This document shows, one piece after another, positions 11,237 through 20,000 of a DNA stretch of 20,000 nucleotides (position 1 is the stretch's first letter; every line of letters begins with the position of its first letter). Location of the stretch: NCBI GenBank assembly GCA_010093815.1, contig ML996588.1; one strand, given 5' to 3'. Position numbers and translations under genes: made by a program. Under the pieces are notes generated by a model. That model saw only the letters and a list, made by a program, of their open reading frames with translations, was not told where the DNA came from and ran no database searches. The stretch comes from Pseudovirgaria hyperparasitica. Taxonomy: Eukaryota.

Positions 11237-11247
11237 AAGTTAAATTA
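11237..11247 (-). other. Primer-binding site, self-priming type
   Basis: Minus-strand TAATTTAACTT, 1 nt downstream of the 5' LTR, is the exact complement of minus-strand AAGTTAAATTA inside the LTR (11299-11309). No tRNA-type TGG start is evident. Confidence 0.65.
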
Positions 11248-11248
11248 A

Positions 11249-11450
11249 TATAATGGATGTGACCAAGATGTTACTATAATGGTAATTAGGATATATTATA
11301 ATTTAACTTAGAGAGAGTAGGGGTAGCTCGTATAGGTTATAGCTTAAGTATAGTCTTAAGCGAGGTCACGTAATACCCCTATACTAGTCTCTATCCGTCC
11401 CGGCTCCGTTATATAATGCTAGAGACAAGGCAAAGCCGAAGTCCATAACA
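11249..11450 (-). repeat. 5' LTR of chromovirus #2 (202 bp)
   Basis: Direct repeat of 3655-3856. The left terminus is RIPped (TG>TA) and the right terminus is ...ATAACA. Confidence 0.95.
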
Positions 11451-11468
11451 AATAATAATAATAATAAT
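11451..11468 (-). repeat. (AAT)n 3' tail of LINE B
   Basis: aataataataataataat, split from 3651-3654 by the gypsy insertion. Confidence 0.8.
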
Positions 11469-11799
11469 ATTATATAACTAGGTAGAGTAGTTCTCTATAG
11501 GCCTATGCCTCCTCTAGTCTAAGCTACTATATAAGAAGAAACCCTATAGAGAAAAACTTCCTTATATCTATAACTACATCTCGTGGAACCTCTATTTTAT
11601 CTTAAGTATATAGCTATAGAGTACGCCTATTAGCCTATAGCCTATATTACTATTATTTTATCCTTAGGTAGTATATATAGGTGCGGAGGTTATTAGTTAA
11701 GGGCTACCCTCGACTAATAATCGGGGTTCGCCCGGGGTTCTTCCGGTATATATCGGGTTACTACCGGCGTATACTAGGTCTCTTCCGGCATATATTTCC

Positions 11800-14700
11800 G
11801 GGTCCACTAGTACTAGAGGAGTAGTAGATATATAAGTATCTATCGGGAGACGTCCTTAGAGTACTTATTAAGCTATTATACGATATCTAAAGTCTTCGTA
11901 ACGTAGATAAGCTATTACCATTATATATAGAGGTTAGAGCATATAGCTAGATAGTAGCGTATTATACCTCTCCGGCCGTACGCCTTATACTATAGGGAGG
12001 TATTAGGAACGCCTCTCTTATAGATATAGTATAGAAGTCCTATAGCGCCCGTTCGGGCTTAGATAAGTATAGATACTTAGGCTTTCGTTAGCTCTTTATA
12101 TATCTATTTACTCGGTTCCTTCTATGGCCCTCGAATCTACTCTAGATATCTATTCTACTAGAAGGTCTATTAGACACGGAGTGCCTCTTTCTACTTATCT
12201 TAAGTCCACGACTATATATTTTTTATAAGTTCTTAAAGGCTCTACCGGTCTAGGAGAGCGTCCGGGTTATCTTGGACTTCTTATACTACTTAGCTAGAGT
12301 CGGCTTCTATTAAGTATCTATACCGTATTTAATTCTAGCCTATATATAGAAGTGCGTGGTAATATATGCTAATTTATACACGTAGCGCGGCGAAAGTATA
12401 TTCTACGTTTTCTATACGTTCCTATACTTATTATTTAGTGAAGTATACCACCCTCTATATCTAGTAGAAGTTATATATACTTATAACGTCTATCTCGCGT
12501 CGTAGTAGTACCGTGTTAGTAGCTTTATATATACCTAATATAAGACGGAGTATACGGTTCTATATAGATTCGAGCTTCATTCGCCTAGTCTATATAAGGG
12601 CTATATACTAGTACTCGTGTCTATACATGAAGGCGGGTCGTGCTATAGATATATATAGCTAGCGTGCCTTATCCCGGGCGGTTCTCTATATAGAGACTAT
12701 AATCTATCATATAGTAGCTTCTACCTAGAGGGCCCTAGAGACGGCGTATACTACTTATAGTCCCTATCTAAGCTTACTATCTAGTATAACTCCGAGCGCG
12801 CGTATACTTTATACTAGTAGTTTATTAAATGCGTCGATTCGGGGGCGTTATTCGCCTTCCCTAGTTACCTATTTCCCTTAACGATTAATAAAGTGCATAA
12901 GCTAGTATTTCTCCAGGGCGAACTTTACTCCGTGGTGTTTTACCCACTAGAGGCACCTCTTATAGTCCTATTCTAGTCGTCTATATGTTCGGTTAGTATT
13001 ATTATTAATAGCTAGGAGGTATATGTTATCGGCGTATCCGACTACCTCTATATACTTTATTCCTTAAAGAAGGTCTACCGTAAAGAAGAGGAATAGAATC
13101 GGAGAGATAGTACTCCCTTATAGAATGCCGTATACCGTCTCTTTATATTCGCTCTAGTACCTAGGGATATATATCTAAGTTATTCTTTCTATAAGGAATG
13201 ACTATATAAAGTATATAATCCATTCTAGTATTCGTCTTATCCGGAGGTTATAAATAAGTCTTATATAGTTTACCTTATTAAACGCTCCGGCTATATCGAG
13301 GGAGAGGAGCGATACTACCCGTCCCTATTTCTATACGGCCTAGACGACTTTAATAATATATTAGATAGCTATTATTAGGGAGCTATCTACCTTTACCTTC
13401 TAGTTTAGAGGGAGAAGATTATATTCCTATACTACGGTACTTATCTTCTTCGCTATCGTAGCCTCTAGTATCTTACCTAGGTAGAAGAGAAGGGCGATTA
13501 GTCTCTATCCCTTTAGGGAGTTAGGGCTCTTTTCTAGTTTCGGGAGTATAATAGTATAGGCGACTTAGAAGCTCTAGGGGTGGTACCCCTACGTGACGTA
13601 TACTTAGAATATATAAGTAATAAGCGGTAGGGTTACTTTTATAGTACTTTTTAGGCATCGATTTAGAATTCTATCTAGTTCGGGTACTTTATCATTTAGA
13701 AGTATCTTAATAATATTAAGTATATCCTCCTCCGTAACTTCTTTAGGGATATCTACCGCGTGTAGATATTTGGCGCCGTAAACGTCTAATAGGTCTACTA
13801 GTTCCGGGAGAGGGAACATGGCCTCCCGTAGGGCCTTAGTTTTCTTAAGGCTCGTGGAGTATATTCTCCCCTAATATATTAGGGGAGGTATAAGTGGCGG
13901 GGGTATCGGAGTATCTACGCCCTTAGCCTATTTCGCTATATACTATAGCCCTATTACGTATCGTGTCTATTAACTAGTAATTATACACTACTATTTACGC
14001 CTTTTATTATAGAGGACTTTATCGCGTTATCGTATCGCTTCCTTCTATTCTTTCTACGACTCGGGTATTCTCGTATAGTATACGCGTGTATATAGCCTTT
14101 AGGCGTCTTATCTACTTTCCTATACTTAAGGAATCCCCTTTACGTCTAGGGGCCGGTATATTCGGTATAGTATATGTTTATTTCTCGTATTCTAGTATAT
14201 TTATAGGAGTATCTATACGGCCTAGTCTATAGCTAGGTCGTTAGATATATCGACTATAGAGGGATCTAGAATCGCCGATTCCAGGTCCTTTAGGTACTTT
14301 TCCTAGTCGGTATCCTTCTATATCTATCGTCCCCGTTATTTATTCGGGGTATATACGTTTATTACGGTTTCTATATATTTATAGTTAGAATCCGTCTATA
14401 CCTGGCCTAGGCGGTAGTATTAGATCCGGTAACTAATGTACTCCGTAGCGAAGGTAAGGTTAAGCGTAGACCCGTCTTCGTCCTATTTATGTTTTTTCTA
14501 TATAACTTATTCTATAGGTATAAGTAGGTATAGAAAGTCGTGGTAGCGGGTACGTAGTTCCCTTACTCTAAGTTCTTCTCTAACTATGGCTAGGCCTCCC
14601 TACTATTAGTAGTAGAGGTTAAAGTCTCCTAGGAGGATGTATTACCCTAGTTCCGTAGTACCCTCGAGTATCTCGTCTAGTATAAGTATATATTATTAGT

Positions 14701-15010
14701 TATATATATTATATATATATAGGGGGCCTATATCTATTTATAGGTGTAGTATTATTCTAAGGTTATCGCGCTCGGTATACGACCATAATAAGAGTAGTAT
14801 TAACCTATAAATGTAGAAGAGGACTCGTCTTTCTAGTCCTAGAGGGTATATAGTATGGTATCCGGGGTGTATAGTTAGTTTACTCGTCTAGTAGTGTTTA
14901 TAGGGTTCCTAGATAGCGAGTATTATGGCCCCGGTCTCTTTAAGGAGCGTCGCCTAGTTCTCTCTTTTATATTATATGTTTACCTATATAATTTAGAGTA
15001 TATTCTAGTC
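11800..15010 (-). pseudogene. LINE B ORF2 relic: APE endonuclease, reverse transcriptase, C-terminal CCHC (ends approximate)
   Basis: APE motifs: I*VN at ~14980, LAI*EP at ~14903-14920, LLGDFNL at ~14606-14636, DSNY (DSDH) at ~14381-14392. RT motifs: KVPELDRILN (KAPGPDGIPN) at ~13660-13690, GIL*GSTISPILF at ~13091-13129, GYADN (YADD) at 13025-13039. YKAYGRRGIIRYYLAIC (CCHC) at ~11940-11980. Confidence 0.9.
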
Positions 15011-15014
15011 CCTT

Positions 15015-16322
15015 ATTAGGTACTAGGGAGTATATATACCTATATACTTATTCCTTAGAGGCGCGACTATCCTCGCGCGGTAGCGGCTTTAACTATACCT
15101 TTTAGTCATCCTATCATCTTTAGGATAGTCTACTATCCTATCTAACTACCTTCCGGAGGGGAGGTTAGGGGTATTATAAAGGAAGGGCCCGTGGTAGGTA
15201 TTATATTCTATAACTATCTTACGCCTCTTGCTTTTATCGTATAAATATATTCTATAACCTATTTACGTTTTATATACGTTAACGACCATGACGGGTATTT
15301 CCTATCGTAGTTTAAATACTATACTATATCCCTATTTCTTAGTCCGTCTCCTCGCGGTTTATAAGGGCACTCCTAGATAGCGTGGTCCCTACGGTACTAT
15401 CCGCACTTAGTCTTCTATAAGTACCTTTATATAGTATATCTATACCCTTAATAGTTAAAGTACTATATTATTATCTATACTCTATCCTATGGCTCGGCCA
15501 TAAGGAGCTCTCCTTCTACTAGAAATCCCTCCTATATAATATATTATACGAGGGCGGGGTCTCGGAGCTCCATAATTATAGTAGAGTGTTTTTTCGCCGT
15601 CGTCTTAATCGCCTATAGGTTCTTCTACTACGCTTTTATAATCTTAATCCCTGGGTATTTTCGCGTGTTAGATTATTCTATATATATAATATCCTCCGCT
15701 CCGATAGCCTATCCCTACATAGGTACTATATATACTATAATCGGGTATATAGCTACCCTAATAGACGCGCTAGGGAAGATACTATCTATCGTATTTAGAT
15801 CTCGCGAGATGTTTTACTACGTAGTATTTATTATAGTAGTAAGTACTACCCTATCTAGCGTAACTTTAGTAGCTATAACGCTCGACTATATTCCTTTCTA
15901 TTTATTAATCTTATTTATAATTTCCTTTAGGGATGCCCGTTAGACCTACGCTAGCGTGTCCTTATCCTAGATTATAATACGTATACTATATACTCTATCT
16001 ATAGTCCTAGTGGTCCTTAGTACGGTGGCTCCGGATGTTACTATAATCTAAGCCTACGTGTTAGGGCGCTTATCTTAGGATAGCTCTTCCTAGATTCTCT
16101 ATAGGCTAGCTTCTATTCGGTTAAGCCTACTACTAGGTTCCTCTCGTGGCGACTTCCTTTCTTTCTCCGTAATTCCTCTTAGGTTCTAGATAAGGTCCCG
16201 GAATATATAAAGGAGGGTCTTCTTTCCCTCCTCGGCGTCCCTCTCTACACGTATTACCTAGTATTTAATTTTATCTAGGAGGGTCTCCCCTCTCGGGGTC
16301 CCCTCGGTCTAGGTTATCTATA
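15015..16322 (-). pseudogene. LINE B ORF1 (gag-like) relic; SINE inserted near its start
   Basis: Protein-like minus frame upstream of ORF2 (TEGTPRGETLLDKIKY*VIRVERDAEEGKK...SRLNRIEASL*RI*EELS, coiled-coil-like). Assigned by position; no zinc knuckles were clearly resolved. Confidence 0.6.
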
Positions 16323-17262
16323 ATAATAATAATATTAGTATTTAACTAGGAAGAACTATATATATAGCCATATATATACTCCATAGGCTTAGGCCTCCTC
16401 TAGTATTAGCTACTATGTATATAAGAAAACCTCCTATAATTAGCTCCCTAACTAGACCCTATTACTAATCTAACCTAGCCTAGTCTAAGTCCTCGAATCC
16501 CATTAGGTGATAAACTTACTTCTTATCCTTATATTAGGCTTTTATTACTATATTAGTACCGGCTCTTAATAACGCCCTAACTAACTATAGTAGGTATTAC
16601 CTTTCTTATAATTGGGTAGGTCGCTAGGCTAGGCCTAGTCTTTTATTCCTATATTACCGTGTTTTTTTCCTATCTATAGGAATATAGCTTTGCGCCGGGT
16701 AGTAGTTATTAATTAAAATAACTAATGCCGGAGGGGGTATATATCTAATAGATCCATGCCTTAGCACTAACCCTAGCTAGGCTGAATTCGGAAATTATTC
16801 TTCGGGGCTATATAATTATCTATAGGTGGGCGGGATACTTAATTAGGTATTACCGTCTATTTCGTGGTTACCGAGCCGGAGTAAGCACGAGCTAAGCCGG
16901 ATTAGGGTAGATAAGGCCCCGGTATATAGTAAAAATTCTATGATTCGAGCTAAGCTAGTTATAGGTCTAGCTACTCTAGACGTCGCTCTACCACTTAAGG
17001 TAGCTTAGTAGGTAGCTATATTAGGTAATTCTCATTATATAATAACGGTATAGTTATTTTCATATTACCTAATGGTCGCTTAGAACTAAGTAGTTATATA
17101 ATGGTAACCTTCACGTCACGTGCTCGCTTAGCCCCGTATACTTTTTAACAGAGCGTGCGAAAACTAGTATATGAAAAGGTAGCCGTTATAGAATTCAAAC
17201 CCACGACGTTGGATGACAAACGCTTCTAGTAACGTAGTATACTACCACTACGCCACCTGGCC
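16323..17262 (-). mobile_element. tRNA-derived SINE (940 bp) with a LINE-related 3' tail
   Basis: Perfect 15-bp TSD TCTAGGTTATCTATA at 16308-16322 and 17263-17277. The tRNA-like head starts at the first base. There is an (AAT)n tail, and the ~110-bp 3' end is similar to the LINE B 3' end. No ORF. Confidence 0.88.
17180..17262 (-). promoter_or_regulatory. tRNA-like head of the SINE with Pol III A and B boxes
   Basis: GGCCAGG-TGGCGTAGTGG: the A box is at 17255-17245 and starts at tRNA position 8. GTGGGTTTGAATTCTAT: the B box is at 17201-17191 in a degenerate T-arm. The head ends GGCTA, matching the 5' GGCC acceptor stem. Confidence 0.82.
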
Positions 17263-17697
17263 TCTAGGTTATCTATAGCGCTTCGCACCCTTAGTTAGTT
17301 CCTATATTTTAGATAGGTGTCTAGCTATCTATATTAATATTACTATATAGCCGTTTCTACCGTACTAGTAGGGGTATATCCGGCGTATGCCGGGGTATTA
17401 CGATACCTAAGGCCGCCATGGTTATTAGTTAAGGGTAGCCCTTAACTAATAAAAGGGGGTCGGCGTGTCGGCGTTTATTAGATATAGTCTATACTCGTGT
17501 TATTAAAGAGTCTTCGAGTGTATATATATAGTATCTCTATATATTAGTATCGTTACGTATTATATACTACACGTACGCACGTGTATCGGAGGTTGTTATA
17601 CTCGGTATACTCTATCGTTTAATGTATGTAAATCGCTGTTTTACCCCGAATTAACTAGTTTGGTCCGTTGGGGTGTAAGAAGTTTTTTTTCCCATTA

Positions 17698-18852
17698 ATC
17701 AATATCTAATAGGTCTACTAGCTCTAGGGGGGGAAATATAACTTCTTAGAGAATCTCTATCTTTTTAGGGCTTATAGTATATATCCTTCTCTAGTATATT
17801 AGGGGAGGTATTAGTAGTAGTAGCATCGGTATATCTATACTCTTAGTCTACTTTACTATATACTATAGCTCTATAGCCTAGTATATATATTTATTAGTAA
17901 TTATATACTAGTATTTATATTATTTATTATAGAGGGTCCTATTATAAGATTAGATTATCTCTTTCTATTCCTTCTATACCTTAGTTATCTAGATATAGTA
18001 TATACGTATATATAGTCTCTAGGCTTCCCTTCTACTTTTATATATTTAAGGTATACCCCTTATATCTAGGGGCTTATATATTTAGTATAGTATATATTTA
18101 TCTCTTAAGTTTTAGAAGGCTTAAAGAAGGACTTATACGGCTCTATCTATAGCTAGACTATTAGATATATTAACTATAGAGAGATCTAGAATTACTAATT
18201 CTAGGTCCTCTCTATACTTCTTCTAGTTAGTATCTTTTTATAGCTATCTTCTCTATTATTTATTAGATATAGATATATCTATTATAGTCTCTATATATTT
18301 ATAGTTAGAGTCTATCTATATCTTACTAGAGTAGTAATATTATACTCTATAGCTTATATATTCTATAGTAAGAGTAAGGTTAAGTATAGATCCCTTCTCG
18401 TCCTTCTTATATTTCCTCTATATAATTTATCTAACTAGTATAAGAAGATATAGAAGGTTATAGTACCTTATATATAGTTCTCTTACTCTAAGCTCTTCTC
18501 TAATAACTATTAGGCCTCTCTACTATCTATAGTAGAGATTAAAATTACCTAGAAGAATATATTATTCTAGTTCTATAATACTCTTTAGTATAGTATCTAG
18601 TATAAGTAATTCTCTCTAGTTATAGATATTATAGATATAGAGAAACCCTATTTCTATCTAGAGATATAGTATTATCTAGAGATTATTCTATTCTATATAG
18701 GACTATTCTAAGAGTAGAATAGATTTATATATATAGAATAGAACTCTTCTATCTAGGTCTAGGGGATAGATAGTATAGTATTCTAGATATATTATTAGTT
18801 TATTAGTTTAGTAGTATTTATATAGCTTTTAGATAGCTATTATTATAGTATC
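17698..18852 (-). mobile_element. LINE A continued (linker and APE endonuclease part of ORF2), starting with the right TSD of LINE B
   Basis: Colinear with LINE B ~13778-14930 (aataggtctactag, attaggggaggtat, gatctagaat, gtaaggttaag). Homology stops at ~18850. Confidence 0.87.
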
Positions 18853-20000
18853 TATAAGAGTTGAAAGGGTATATATAAAAATAGATATATATAATACCCT
18901 TAGAAGGATAGGTAGTATAGAAGGTATCTTAAATAAATAAGACCAAGGGATATAATATATAGTATATAAAGTATATTTAATTAAAAAACTTAAGGAGACG
19001 ACTATCTACGGCTATAGAAAGGTCTATATATATATAATTTATATGTGTTATTATTAAGAATCGATAATATATATTAAATAGTATACTAAATACTAATAGT
19101 ATTCTATAAATATCTAAAATCATCTATAATAGTCCGTTTTAGTATACTAAGGACTAATATATTAACTAATATATTATCTCTATCTATATACTTCTAATTT
19201 CTACTTAATCTAATATAAGCTAGTACTTATAAGTTTTATATACATAATAACCTTATAATCTATTATATATATATATATAAGTTATATAGAATAAGAGTCT
19301 AGCTCTACTCTATTCTATTCTATAGAAGTACGTTCTCTAGTACTCTATAGAAGAGTTCTAGTTCTACTCTACTCTAGAGCTATTCTAGCTCTACTCTACT
19401 CTAGAGCTATTTTACCTCTACTCTACTCTATTAAAAGTTTTAAAAGGGTATATATAAAATAGATATATATAATACCCTTAGGAGGATAGGTAGTGTAGAA
19501 GGTATCTTGAATGAATAAGACCAAGGGACACAATATATAGTATATAAAGTATATTTAATTGAAAGGCTTAAAGAAACGACTATCTATGGCTATAGGAAGG
19601 TCTATATATACATAATTTACGTGCGTTATTATCAAGAATCGATAATATATATTAAATGGTATACTAAATACCAATAGTATTCTATAACTATCCGATTTAG
19701 TCCATTTTGGTACGCTAAGAGTTAATATATTAATTAATATATTACCTCTATCCATGTACTTCCGATTCCCACTTAATCTAATATAAGCTAGTACTAGCTT
19801 ATATTAATATAAGTCTCCTAGTCTATAGTCTCTAAGGAAGTTATAGAGTCTAGTCTAGTCTCTAGAGTAGAATATGTAAACTTAACCTCTACTATATCTA
19901 ATAAGTTTATATAAGGTATTTCCTTATTAGGAATAGCTTAATATTAGTAATCGATATTACTAATATTATCTACTTATATATATAAATACTCTATACTCTT
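18853..20000. repeat. Unclassified RIPped repeat element interrupting or truncating LINE A: ~360-bp direct repeats (18862-19227, 19441-19795) flanking a short tandem array
   Basis: The two copies align with one ~10-bp indel and mostly transition differences. The spacer at 19298-19430 holds tctagctctactctactctagagctat-type units. A 28-bp palindrome lies at 19779-19806. Confidence 0.6.

Larger units (their letters stand above)
3655..11450 (-). mobile_element. Ty3/gypsy chromovirus #2, structurally complete (7796 bp), RIP-inactivated
   Basis: Two 202-bp LTRs and a 5-bp TSD AATAA (3650-3654 and 11451-11455). Domain order on the minus strand is gag, PR, RT, RH, IN, chromodomain. PBS-like site and PPT are present. 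Confidence 0.95.
3651..17697 (-). mobile_element. LINE B, full-length Tad1-like element (5' end at 17697; 3' tail is (AAT)n on the plus strand at 3651-3654 and 11451-11468), carrying two nested insertions
   Basis: Flanked by 14-bp TSDs. ORF1 relic plus ORF2 with APE, RT and CCHC motifs, and a simple-repeat tail. About 5.3 kb once the gypsy element and SINE are removed. Confidence 0.88.

Noticed and set aside
13604..13819. 71-aa ORF as a standalone gene
   Set aside because: It is a stop-free fragment of LINE B ORF2, containing the RIPped KAPGPDGIPN motif.
15665..15943. 92-aa hydrophobic plus-strand ORF (membrane-protein-like)
   Set aside because: It is antisense to LINE ORF1, and the Ile/Tyr/Leu richness is the expected result of RIP.
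17180..17262. Functional tRNA gene
   Set aside because: The stems are degenerate, no anticodon can be assigned, and it starts exactly at the TSD-defined end of a retroposed insert, so it is a SINE head.
19298..19430. CRISPR-like array
   Set aside because: Contiguous low-complexity tandem units without unique spacers, in a eukaryotic TE context with no cas genes.
19555..19755. 66-aa ORF in the right-end repeat
   Set aside because: It is short, has no motif, and sits within a duplicated RIPped repeat whose other copy is not open.

Overview
This is a gene-free block of nested, RIP-mutated retrotransposons, most likely from a filamentous ascomycete: TpA is very abundant, CpA/TpG is depleted, and reading frames are broken by TAG/TAA stops at Gln/Trp positions. 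Target-site duplications (TSDs) resolve the nesting. An old minus-strand Tad1-type LINE (A; 2774-3650 and 17698-~18852) was entered by a plus-strand chromovirus (1-2773, 3' half only) and by a full-length related LINE (B; 3651-17697, 14-bp TSD). LINE B carries a complete 7.8-kb minus-strand Ty3/gypsy chromovirus in its (AAT)n tail (3655-11450; 202-bp LTRs; 5-bp TSD) and a 940-bp tRNA-headed SINE (16323-17262; 15-bp TSD) whose 3' tail resembles that of LINE B. An unclassified direct-repeat element occupies the right end. The main finding is that both chromoviruses have a long region between pol and the 3' LTR containing what looks like an antisense, intron-containing accessory gene. With RIP reversed by hand, the clearer one (4496-6000) encodes a Zn(II)2Cys6-like cluster, a coiled-coil-like middle and an Arg/Ser/Pro-rich tail. 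All reconstructions were done by eye, with no database search.
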